A DNA stretch of 43,755 bases, taken from the sequence record SRR20825006_1817; one strand, given 5' to 3'. The first letter of the stretch is position 1; every line of letters begins with the position of its first letter. The notes below the pieces were generated by a model. That model worked only from the letters and a program-made list of their open reading frames with translations. It did no database searches and was not told the origin of the DNA. Below, piece by piece: positions 19,822 to 28,514 of this stretch. The position numbers and the translations under genes are program-made.

Positions 19822-20253
19822 ATGCTTTCCAATTCTTCCAAATATGCCATTAAGGGAGTTCTTTATTTAGCTTTGAATTCCGATGAGACCCATAAGATCA
19901 TGGTCAGGGATATTTTTGAAGTGGTCCATGTACCTGAGGCGTATCTAGCAAAATTGTTGCAGGAACTCTCCCGTCACAACATTATATCATCTACTAGGGG
20001 GCCCAGAGGCGGGTTCTATTTGAGTGCGGAAGATAGAAAACGAACCTTGATGGACATTGTCCGGGTCATTGATGGGGAAAAGCGTATAAAGTCTTGTGTT
20101 TTGGGTATTCAGGATTGTGACATGGATAATCCCTGTGTACTCCATAAATTGGTGGGCGCCAACAAATCTAAGTTCTTAAGAGTACTACAGAGAACGACTA
20201 TTTTGGATTTGGTGGAAGGAAAACAGGATATAGAAGAGTTTTTTCCCATTTGA
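19822..20253 (+). CDS. Rrf2 family regulator (paralog 3)
   Basis: MLSNSSKYAIKG, STRGPRGGF, CVLGIQDCDMDNPCVLH. Confidence 0.93.
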   Translation: MLSNSSKYAIKGVLYLALNSDETHKIMVRDIFEVVHVPEAYLAKLLQELSRHNIISSTRGPRGGFYLSAEDRKRTLMDIVRVIDGEKRIKSCVLGIQDCDMDNPCVLHKLVGANKSKFLRVLQRTTILDLVEGKQDIEEFFPI

Positions 20254-20310
20254 TTTTTTTTTTACAACCGAACCCATACCGCATCTTTAAGTTGGAAAAT
20301 ACAAAAAATT

Positions 20311-20342
20311 AAAAAGGTCATCCTATTGTGGACGACCTTTTT
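20311..20342. terminator. Bidirectional intrinsic terminator
   Basis: AAAAAGGTC-A-TCC...GGA-C-GACCTTTTT between convergent genes. Confidence 0.75.
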
Positions 20343-20374
20343 CAAACAAACGAATAAAAAGAATACAACAAATT

Positions 20375-21230
20375 TTAAAACTCTATCTCGAAGTACAAAC
20401 TGCTACTTTCGTTCTCTTCCGTAACACTTTCTCCTTTTAAGATTTCATCATTGGCATTGAGCAGCTGTAAGTTGATTTTCCAGTAACCGGTCATGGTAAA
20501 AGACAGTTTGCCAGTATAGTTGCCGGTAGTGGTGTCATAGGTTAAATCCTCATTGTTGGGGGAGCCATGGTTGCCCATACCCGGCATTCTAGGGTCAATG
20601 GTAATGGTGTAATCTTCCACAATGGAAAAACTCATCATGGATTCCATTTTGAACAGTACGGCCGATAGATCGTTGATAGCAACTTCTGGGGCAAGGGGCA
20701 TCATGGCCAAAACATAACGGGTATCATCTGCCCCCATGAAGACATTGACCGTTTTTTTACCATCAATTGGAGCGTTGACCTCTATGGTTTCCGAAATGGT
20801 ATAGGTGGTGCCCCCAAAGCTGTATTCCAGGTTCAATTCCCAATATTCGTTGGCGTTGGTGGCCATTTGTAAAGACCACAAAGCCTTTATAGACGGTTTT
20901 TTCCTCTGTTGCCAAAATCTCCGATTTTGGACAGGAATGGCTCATTTGGGTCATGTGCATAACGGGATTCCAAGTAATGGTTGCATTGGGGATATATTCT
21001 CCGGTTGACAAATCTTTGATTTGGAGGTATAGCTCATTGTAACCTGTGGTCAAAACCTCTTTTTCAGAATATAGCTCCAACATGTGGCCATTGGCCTCAA
21101 AACTACTCGTTAGATTATAGGCTTCCAATGGATTTTCAGTTACAGGCATTGGGTTTTCGTTGTCATCGGAGCAAGATGTTATTCCAACAGATAGTGCAAT
21201 CAATATGATTAGGGATTTTATAGTTTTCAT
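20375..21230 (-). pseudogene. FixH/YtkA-like Met/His-rich lipoprotein split by a 1-nt insertion near 20870
   Basis: Two overlapping ORFs join as GFVVF|QMATNANEYW if one A is removed; lipobox ITSC; PVMHMTQMSHSCP and PRMPGMGNHGSP repeats. Confidence 0.8.
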
Positions 21231-21253
21231 TGTTTTTGATTTTAATAATTAGA

Positions 21254-23314
21254 TTAATTAATGGCATAGGATAAGGTCATGAAAAAGTTCCTTCCCATGC
21301 GGGGTATATTGTTCCAATCGGAATACGTTGAGTAATAGGTGTCAAATAGGTTTTCAACCCCTGCCTTCACATACAGCGTATTCCCACCAAGGGAAAAGGT
21401 CTTCCCGAAGGATAGGGACAGTAGCGCATAGCCAGGCGTATGGTCCTCCCCAAAAGTGGGGCTGAAATTGGTTTGGTCCATTGCACCGGATAAGGTCACT
21501 GATCCCGAAAAACTTTCATGGGCATAGCTCAATTGGGAACGGTAGTCAACAGGACTGATAAAGGGCAGATTACGACCATTGTGATCTGTGCCCCTGTGAT
21601 AAGAGACCCGTCCACTCCAGTTAAGTTCAGGGGTAAACATGTACTCCATATCCATAGAAACATTGTAAAGGTTGGCATGTTTCAAATTGGTATAGACTTT
21701 AACACCATCGGCGCCTATGGTCATTTCGTTGAGCGCTGGCTCAATTTCACCAACAATATAATCCCTGGTGTGAAAGTAATTGCCCTCCAGACCAAGTTCC
21801 AGATTATCCAATGGTAATGTAACTTTGATTTGGGTCTCCAAGGCTTTTTCATTCTTGAGATCTGGGTCGCCAATGTAATCGTGGTTGTCAAAACTGTTGA
21901 ACAGATAAAAACCAAACCCCTCAGAAACTGATGGAGCGCGATCACCATAGGCAACACCACCGTTTACATGCCATTTCTTAAACTGTTTGTGATAATGCGC
22001 TGAAACACTTTTTAGTGTGCGTGTTTGCTTTTGGCCCATATCTGGATAGAAAATCCGAAGACTGTTCAGCCCAAAATCATCTGCCACATGAAACGATTGG
22101 TAGGCCAGTCGAGTAGCTAATTTTAGGACACCGTCATTGAGGTTGATTTTGTCCTCCAGATAAAGACCCGTATTCAACGTCCGTACATCTGGCCAGGTAA
22201 GCATGAACATTTCCTGCTCATTGGGGTTGTTGGGATACATGGTCATTTCCGCCAAGGAACGATTGTAAAATCCATCGATTTTACCCATAAACCTATGGTT
22301 ACCAAAAGAGAGCTCGGCCTGGGAATAAAACCCATAGGTGTCACTCCAACCGGGCATATCCATTCGAATGGGCACATCGGGTCTTTGGCTGTCATCCATA
22401 ATATGCGTAATGGTGTTGGCATATAGCTTGGATTCCCAATTCTCAAGGTTTCCAATAAAATTGGATTGCACCCAACTTAGAGATCCAATAAAGGCACGTG
22501 CCAAGGATACATCCATGGGAAGGGCAGGGTAGCCTACATCCCGGGCCTCGTCAAAAATAAAACTGGCTAACATTTTTTGGTCATCGGAGACTTTGTACCC
22601 AGCATTGGCCGACAGATTGTATTTTTCATATTGGGAAAAGGCAACCTCTTCCCCGCCACCAGCGGTATAGTTTTCTGCCTTCCGATAAATGATATCGGTA
22701 TCCAAATAGAAATTTTCATCAGAGTAATTGAGCTCTCCACCCACAATTTGAGAGGTGTTATTGGTCTCATAACCCGTCTCTACAGCGGCTGTCCAGCCCA
22801 AGGGTTTAAAGTTGCTCTTTTCCAATCGCATATCAATGGCTCCTCCAATTACATTGCCGTGTTGGGCACCTTGTTGTCCACTTTTCACCTGGACATCCGA
22901 AAGATTGGATACGTCCACATAGGATGTTATAGGGTCCATTTTATCCGTACAGGCCCCAAAAATGCGCATACCATCAATGGTAATGGACAATCGCTCAGAG
23001 GTCATGTCATTGAGCATTGGGTCCCAGGCATATGCACCACGCTTGACCATGGATACTTTCTTGGAAGATTCCAGGTATTCATCCAAAGTGGACAGTGGGT
23101 TTGGTTGCGATTTGTGTTCAATACTTCTTTTAAAGGATGAGATGACAATGACCTCCTTTAAATCGATGGTCAAAATTGAATCCAAGGTTTGGAACCCTAT
23201 GGGTTCTTGGGCCTGGAGCTTTGACTGAAAAATTGACATTAGGCAAAGCCCAAGGACAACCAACAGATATTTTATGCAAGCTGACCTGGCCCGAAATGAA
23301 TAGTTCGATTTCAT
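21254..23314 (-). CDS. TonB-dependent receptor, OprC-like copper type
   Basis: Plug GACTDKMDP (CxxxM) and barrel HIM (HxM); VENLFD...GRNF C-terminus. Confidence 0.85.
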   Translation of the reverse strand: MKSNYSFRARSACIKYLLVVLGLCLMSIFQSKLQAQEPIGFQTLDSILTIDLKEVIVISSFKRSIEHKSQPNPLSTLDEYLESSKKVSMVKRGAYAWDPMLNDMTSERLSITIDGMRIFGACTDKMDPITSYVDVSNLSDVQVKSGQQGAQHGNVIGGAIDMRLEKSNFKPLGWTAAVETGYETNNTSQIVGGELNYSDENFYLDTDIIYRKAENYTAGGGEEVAFSQYEKYNLSANAGYKVSDDQKMLASFIFDEARDVGYPALPMDVSLARAFIGSLSWVQSNFIGNLENWESKLYANTITHIMDDSQRPDVPIRMDMPGWSDTYGFYSQAELSFGNHRFMGKIDGFYNRSLAEMTMYPNNPNEQEMFMLTWPDVRTLNTGLYLEDKINLNDGVLKLATRLAYQSFHVADDFGLNSLRIFYPDMGQKQTRTLKSVSAHYHKQFKKWHVNGGVAYGDRAPSVSEGFGFYLFNSFDNHDYIGDPDLKNEKALETQIKVTLPLDNLELGLEGNYFHTRDYIVGEIEPALNEMTIGADGVKVYTNLKHANLYNVSMDMEYMFTPELNWSGRVSYHRGTDHNGRNLPFISPVDYRSQLSYAHESFSGSVTLSGAMDQTNFSPTFGEDHTPGYALLSLSFGKTFSLGGNTLYVKAGVENLFDTYYSTYSDWNNIPRMGRNFFMTLSYAIN

Positions 23315-23406
23315 GGTTAAAGGTTTTGAATCAATTCAAAAAAAATAAAGGGCACCTGGTAGTTGGGAAAGTATTGGAGATTTCCACTAGGGTACATCGA
23401 ATTTGT

Positions 23407-23784
23407 TTAAGCTTGCTCTGGAGGGTGGGGAATGTCGCTAACAAAAAGTGATGTAGGTAAATCTTGATAATAATAACCACTGGGGGTTATGCAAGTTTGG
23501 AATTGTAAGGACAAGTCAACGGATGGTATAGGTTGAAAGAAATCCATAGCTTGGACTTCCGTTTTTGACCGTTGATCTCCAAAGGGATTTCTATCGGAAT
23601 CTTTTTGTTGTTCTTTCAATTGTTGCGCCAAGTAGCACTTACCATTACATTGCAATTCTGGCTTATTCTTGTTTTTACAGAGCACTTCTGAGATATATTC
23701 ATAATTGGCTACGTATTCCATGATGGGCCAAAGGGGTTTGACCAACATCGAAAAAGCGACCAAAAGAATAATAGTGTGCTTCAT
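23407..23784 (-). CDS. Cys-rich small protein ending ...IPHPP (DUF2946/CruR-like), probably leaderless
   Basis: N-terminal hydrophobic segment, LCKNKNKPELQCNGKCYL, C-terminal HPP; ATG 5 nt after the -7 element. Confidence 0.7.
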   Translation of the reverse strand: MKHTIILLVAFSMLVKPLWPIMEYVANYEYISEVLCKNKNKPELQCNGKCYLAQQLKEQQKDSDRNPFGDQRSKTEVQAMDFFQPIPSVDLSLQFQTCITPSGYYYQDLPTSLFVSDIPHPPEQA

Positions 23785-23789
23785 AGGGA

Positions 23790-23833
23790 CAAAAGTAGGG
23801 TTGACCAAAAAGTCAGGACATGATAATTGTCAT
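23790..23833 (-). promoter_or_regulatory. Fnr-like box ATGAT-AATT-GTCAT (23820-23833) + 22 bp + TACTTTTG, copper uptake operon promoter
   Basis: Same spacing as the nos promoter; exact -7 consensus. Confidence 0.72.
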
Positions 23834-23836
23834 AAA

Positions 23837-23869
23837 AAAGATAAAAATATCTTTTAATTTTTAGTTTTG
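23837..23869 (+). promoter_or_regulatory. Putative Rrf2 operator AAAGATA-AAAA-TATCTTT (23837-23854) and plus-strand -7 element TAGTTTTG (23862-23869)
   Basis: Perfect arms; exact TAnnTTTG facing the kinase gene. Confidence 0.62.
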
Positions 23870-24021
23870 TGTCTAAACCTGCGTCTGTTCGTGACGGGAT
23901 AGTGTAGGTAAAGGGAATAATTGATGGGAATCCATCATACTGGTACACTATCAGGCAGTGTATTATGTAAAGAGAACTTTAATGAAATTACCAGAACTAT
24001 GGGATATCAATTAAATGACCC

Positions 24022-25140
24022 ATGTACCTTTATGGTCAAAACGTTTCAAACGCTATGATAAATACTGAGCAGAAATTAAAAGAGAGGGTTAAAGAGTTGA
24101 CCTGTCTCTACGAGGTCACTTCGATCATCGTGAATTCCGGCTATGATGATCTGTCCACTTCCCTGGAAGCCATTGCCTATTGTTTAAAAAGAGGGTGGCG
24201 GTACCCTGATGATGCCGTAGCTGTAGTATCCATTGGAACTTATAAGGTACAGACCAGTGGATTCGATAAGCAAATGAACTTCCTGACTAGTGATGTCATT
24301 GTGTTCAATAAGGTAGAAGGAACCATATCCGTGGGGTATCCGGCTTCAGCCTATTACGATGAAGACTTTCTTCCAGAAGAAAAGACCCTGCTCAAGAATG
24401 TATGCCTTGCCGTCGGCAACCTAATGGAACGTAAGCAGATCCATGACAGCGAAGCGGAAACGAAAAGACAAATGGAGCGTAATGACCGTTTGCATATCAT
24501 GGGAGAGATTACTGCCGGAATAGCACATGAACTGAATACCCCCTTGGCCAATATTTTGGGATTTGCCGAATTATTGATGGATAAAGCTACCGATACGGGG
24601 ACCAAAAGGGATTTACAAACGATTTTGGACAATGCCATCTTCAGTAGGGAAATCGTAAAAAAAATGATGTTCTTTACCTGCGAAATGCCTCAACAGATGG
24701 AATTGGTCGAGCTCCATAAAGTAGTAGACGGTGTGATACGTTTAATGGAACCCTCACTTAGAGCGAAACAATTATCGGTCATCAAATCCTACGACAACGA
24801 AGATTTAAGGATTCGGGCCAATACCGTCCAATTGACCCAGGTCATGTTCAACCTCATTATGAATGCGGCCTACTACTCACCCGTACGTGGAGAGATCAAA
24901 GTGGAGGTGCTTAAAAAGAAGCAAAAAATTATCATCAATATTGTCGATCAAGGAGAAGGGATTGCACCTGGTCAAGAAAACAAGATATTTGAACCTTTTT
25001 ATACTACTAAACCAATTGGGGAAGGGACCGGTCTTGGTCTGAGCGTCGTTCAAGGTATCATCAAAAGTTATAAGGGTAGTATTGTGTATAGGCCCAATGT
25101 GCCAAAAGGTACTATTTTTACCATGGAGTTTCCAAATTGA
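24022..25140 (+). CDS. Cytoplasmic sensor histidine kinase (NtrB-like)
   Basis: H-box AHELNTPL, N-box NLIMNA, DQGEG, FEPFYTTK, GTGLGL; no clear TM; true start may be slightly downstream. Confidence 0.92.
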   Translation: MYLYGQNVSNAMINTEQKLKERVKELTCLYEVTSIIVNSGYDDLSTSLEAIAYCLKRGWRYPDDAVAVVSIGTYKVQTSGFDKQMNFLTSDVIVFNKVEGTISVGYPASAYYDEDFLPEEKTLLKNVCLAVGNLMERKQIHDSEAETKRQMERNDRLHIMGEITAGIAHELNTPLANILGFAELLMDKATDTGTKRDLQTILDNAIFSREIVKKMMFFTCEMPQQMELVELHKVVDGVIRLMEPSLRAKQLSVIKSYDNEDLRIRANTVQLTQVMFNLIMNAAYYSPVRGEIKVEVLKKKQKIIINIVDQGEGIAPGQENKIFEPFYTTKPIGEGTGLGLSVVQGIIKSYKGSIVYRPNVPKGTIFTMEFPN

Positions 25141-25145
25141 CGCCT

Positions 25146-26477
25146 ATGCCATTGAACAAAGAGAACATTCTTATCATAGATGATGACATCAAGATCTTAG
25201 AGTTGTTGGTAAGAAGGCTCAAAGAGTTTGACTACCATGTTTTTAAGGCGATATCGGTCAAGGAAGCACTGTATATTTTAAAGGATAGTGTTATTGATCT
25301 TTTGATCACCGATATCCAAATGCCCGAAGTGGATGGCCTACAGTTATTGAAATATGCAAACGAACATTATCCCTTAATGCCCAAATTGGTGGTCACGGGC
25401 TATCCTTCGGTGGACGGGGCCTTGGAAGTCATCAAATCAGGCGCAATTGATTATTTGACCAAGCCCTTTACCAAAGAGGAACTCAAACAATCCGTTGAAA
25501 AGGCCCTGTACAGTAAGGAGAAACAACTTTTGTCCATAAAGAAACAGTCCGCACCTAACCTAAGTAATAACCGTTTTGAAGGAATGGTCGGCAGTTCGGA
25601 CGCCTTTCAGAAAATCCTCAATATCATAGATCGCGTGAGGGACAATAGGGCCACTGTACTGATCACGGGGGAAAGTGGAACAGGAAAGGAACTGGTGGCA
25701 AGGGCCATCCATTATTCCGGTAAGTTTTCCAAAGGACCTTTCATTACAGTAAACTGTGGTGCAATCCCCGAAAACCTCCAGGAGGCAGAACTCTTCGGAT
25801 ATGTGAAAGGTGCCTTTACGGGGGCCAATGAGAACCGCAGTGGATTCTTTCAGGCCGCCGAAGGAGGAACCCTTTTTTTGGATGAAATAGGAGCAGCGGG
25901 TTTGACGGTACAGACCAAGCTGTTGCGTGCACTTCAAGAAAAGGAAATCACCAGGGTGGGGTCCCGAAAACTGGAAAAAGTGGAAATCCGCATCGTTGCG
26001 GCCACCAATGTGAATCTTTTGGAGGAGATCAAGAACAAGAACTTTAGGGAAGACCTACATTATCGACTTACGGTTGTGGAAATCAATGTGCCGCCACTTC
26101 GGGATAGAAAATCCGATATTCCTTTGCTGGTGGATAAGTTTCTCCGAAAATATGGTGTTGAATATAAAGACCGTCGGCCAAGAATTAGCCCTGAAGCCTT
26201 AGGCATTTTGGAACGATATCACTGGCCAGGGAACATCAGGGAACTTGAAAATATAATCCAGCGCGTGGTAATCATGTCGGATGGCCCAATAGGGATTGAA
26301 GATTTACCCGAGTTCTTGAAGTACCGGATTGATTTTCCCCAAAAAGGTCTTGTACCCCTTAGGAAAATGGAAAAGGAATATATCAAAAAGGTACTCTTGC
26401 ACACAAAGGGCAATAAGACCAAGGCCGCCGAAATACTGCAGATAGATCGCAAAACCTTGCGTGATAAACTGGATTGA
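25146..26477 (+). CDS. Sigma54-dependent response regulator (NtrC family)
   Basis: Receiver (IIDDD, TDIQMP, KP), GESGTGKE, GAFTGA, WPGNIREL, Fis-type HTH. Confidence 0.96.
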   Translation: MPLNKENILIIDDDIKILELLVRRLKEFDYHVFKAISVKEALYILKDSVIDLLITDIQMPEVDGLQLLKYANEHYPLMPKLVVTGYPSVDGALEVIKSGAIDYLTKPFTKEELKQSVEKALYSKEKQLLSIKKQSAPNLSNNRFEGMVGSSDAFQKILNIIDRVRDNRATVLITGESGTGKELVARAIHYSGKFSKGPFITVNCGAIPENLQEAELFGYVKGAFTGANENRSGFFQAAEGGTLFLDEIGAAGLTVQTKLLRALQEKEITRVGSRKLEKVEIRIVAATNVNLLEEIKNKNFREDLHYRLTVVEINVPPLRDRKSDIPLLVDKFLRKYGVEYKDRRPRISPEALGILERYHWPGNIRELENIIQRVVIMSDGPIGIEDLPEFLKYRIDFPQKGLVPLRKMEKEYIKKVLLHTKGNKTKAAEILQIDRKTLRDKLD

Positions 26478-26479
26478 AC

Positions 26480-26496
26480 CGGTTATAAAATAACCG
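26480..26496. promoter_or_regulatory. Candidate enhancer (UAS) palindrome CGGTTAT-AAA-ATAACCG
   Basis: Perfect 7-3-7 inverted repeat about 110 bp upstream of a -24/-12 site. Confidence 0.45.
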
Positions 26497-26602
26497 ACTG
26501 GGGAAATATACCTCGTTTCCATTTCCATTCCAAAATTTTTAATACTCAATTGTGTATTGATAATCAGTTGATTACAGCTAAACCTTCTTTTTTTTGAACA
26601 TT

Positions 26603-26617
26603 GGGTACGGACTTTGC
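26603..26617 (+). promoter_or_regulatory. Sigma54 -24/-12 promoter GGGTACGGACTTTGC
   Basis: GG-N10-GC close to TGGCAC-N5-TTGC; IHF-like AATCAGTTGATTA at 26562-26574. Confidence 0.6.
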
Positions 26618-26687
26618 CCTTTTGATTGCCAAACGTGCCAAATCTAGACAATACTGGTTGACAGATTTGTGAAAATAAGAGAACCTT

Positions 26688-27137
26688 ATGAAGTATGGCA
26701 GTCTCATTTTGGAAAAGAATGATTTTCTGATGACCAGAAAGTTCATGAAACAGAATTGTATATGGGAAGATTATATCCATACAGGTGTATTGGAGATCTT
26801 GGACCTGAATTTGAACAATGCTGTGGTGTTGGATGAGGGCCAGATGCCCTCTGACATTGTTCGACTGTATTCCGAGGTTACCCTTATTGGTCCCTCGGAC
26901 CATCGGGATTCCTTCCGACTTGTACCTCCTGGCGAAGAAGACCCGATGACAAACCAAATTTCTGTGACCAGTAGTTTGGGCGCGTCATTGATCGGTTTCT
27001 CCAAAGGTGACCGAATTACCTATGGCCTTCCCGGAAGTAAAATATCTTTTACGATCGAAAAAGTGAAGCAGGGTAGGCAAAAGGTCAAACTCTCCATTTC
27101 AGATGGTGACATGCAAAAAATGGTACCCGAACAGTAA
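26688..27137 (+). CDS. GreA/GreB C-terminal domain protein (Rnk-like), copy 1
   Basis: MPSDIVRLYSEV, LVPP, ISVTSSLGASLIG. Confidence 0.85.
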   Translation: MKYGSLILEKNDFLMTRKFMKQNCIWEDYIHTGVLEILDLNLNNAVVLDEGQMPSDIVRLYSEVTLIGPSDHRDSFRLVPPGEEDPMTNQISVTSSLGASLIGFSKGDRITYGLPGSKISFTIEKVKQGRQKVKLSISDGDMQKMVPEQ

Positions 27138-27160
27138 GTGATTTATCGATTCTAAATATT

Positions 27161-27532
27161 ATGGTTATGATTAAATATGTAATTGTCCTTTTGTTTTCTA
27201 TAAACCTGTTGCATGTACAGGCCAATGCATCCCAAACGAACACAAAAGTCAAAGTCGCGGATGTATTCCAAATCGGGAAACCTGAAACGAACAAGTACAA
27301 GTATATTGACTTCCTCAAGGCAAACTTTATCATCAAAAGACGGGGTATCGCAAACTACAAACGTGTGGAAGTAGAAAAAGTGGTGGTGACTTCCGTCAAA
27401 GAAAAAAAGGATGGACCTACAAAGATCAAGATCAAACGAGTTGATGGTAACTGGTTCTTTGGCAGTCAGAGCAAAGTGGCCGTCCACTTTTTTGGGCAAT
27501 GGAGTCCGGAGAGCTCCAAACCTTATAGTTGA
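27161..27532 (+). CDS. Secreted basic hypothetical protein
   Basis: Signal peptide, Lys-rich body; possible C-terminal frameshift. Confidence 0.7.
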   Translation: MVMIKYVIVLLFSINLLHVQANASQTNTKVKVADVFQIGKPETNKYKYIDFLKANFIIKRRGIANYKRVEVEKVVVTSVKEKKDGPTKIKIKRVDGNWFFGSQSKVAVHFFGQWSPESSKPYS

Positions 27533-27559
27533 TTTATGATTGGTGGTTAGTTGATGATG

Positions 27560-27617
27560 TCCACCCGGTTTACCATAACTGTTATTTGCTCAACAAGGTA
27601 GTGACCGGGTGGATTTT
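27560..27617 (+). terminator. Long hairpin TCCACCCGGT...ACCGGGTGGA-TTTT
   Basis: 10-bp perfect inverted repeat followed by T4. Confidence 0.5.
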
Positions 27618-27663
27618 CGATCCAGAGGATAGTTCTTTGATGTAATACCTAAATGATTAAAAC

Positions 27664-28302
27664 ATGAAAACTAAATTTTCAATAAAACAACGAATATTGG
27701 TCGGTCTGGTCCTAGCCACCGCTTTTTTGTTGGTACTGGGCTCCAACCTGATGGACCGGAAATATTTTTCCGCAATACAAGCATCGGTCAAATCCATTTA
27801 TGATGATCGCATAGTGGTGCAGGATTATATCTATCAATTACAGGATATGGCCCATGAGATGGAAGTGGCACTCTTGCAAGGTGAGTATGTGCAGGGTAAT
27901 GAAAGGTCTGAAAAAATCAAAGCTTTGTTGACTGATTTTTCCAAAACCAAGTTGACACGGGACGAGGCCAGGCTGCTAGAGCGTTTGGACCGCCAATTTT
28001 CCGATTTGGAACACAGTGGGACAACCAATGCGTCAAAAGAAGGACAACCGTTGGCCGAAGCAAAAGTATTGCCACAATTGGCACAAATAAAACTAACCTT
28101 GGATGGCCTTGAGGAAATCCAAGTGGAACAAAGTGACATGCTGACCCAGCTATCAGAAAAAACCTTGGGAGTCAATAGGATGTTGTCCAATTTAGAAGTG
28201 GTATTTCTGGTCATCATAGGAATATCGATTTTGGTGCTAGCATTCAATCCAGTAAAGGTGCTAAACCCTGTGCATTGGAATTATTACCCTCAACTCAATT
28301 AA
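27664..28302 (+). CDS. Stand-alone MCP-type four-helix-bundle membrane protein
   Basis: Two TM segments flanking SIYDDRI and TKLTRDEA motifs; no signalling domain. Confidence 0.78.
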   Translation: MKTKFSIKQRILVGLVLATAFLLVLGSNLMDRKYFSAIQASVKSIYDDRIVVQDYIYQLQDMAHEMEVALLQGEYVQGNERSEKIKALLTDFSKTKLTRDEARLLERLDRQFSDLEHSGTTNASKEGQPLAEAKVLPQLAQIKLTLDGLEEIQVEQSDMLTQLSEKTLGVNRMLSNLEVVFLVIIGISILVLAFNPVKVLNPVHWNYYPQLN

Positions 28303-28319
28303 TAAAATTTAAATAATCC

Positions 28320-28484
28320 ATGAAAGAATTAGTACGGAGCCTATGCTCAACGTGCAAGCATGTGACCTATTGTTCCTTAAGTACGGACAGGACCAATATC
28401 CAATTATGTAATGAATATGTCCATCGACTTGATGAAGGAGACGGACCGGTTATAATGGTCACAAACGAAATGATTAGTAATTAA
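28320..28484 (+). CDS. 54-aa Cys4 small protein (not in the ORF track)
   Basis: MKELVRSLCSTCKHVTYCSLSTDRTNIQLCNEYVHRLDEGDGPVIMVTNEMISN; fills the gap before gdh; A-rich upstream region. Confidence 0.65.
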   Translation: MKELVRSLCSTCKHVTYCSLSTDRTNIQLCNEYVHRLDEGDGPVIMVTNEMISN

Positions 28485-28514
28485 GAAAATATAGTACAAA
28501 CAAAATTTTATACA

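Noticed and set aside
23905-23965. Cobalamin riboswitch (AAAGGGAA...GAATCC...ACTG resemblance)
   Set aside because: No convincing B12 box and no B12-related downstream gene; kept only as a generic structured leader
26304-26957. 217-aa minus-strand ORF, and the many similar antisense or alternate-frame ORFs in the track
   Set aside because: They overlap well-supported genes and lack motifs; treated as shadow ORFs
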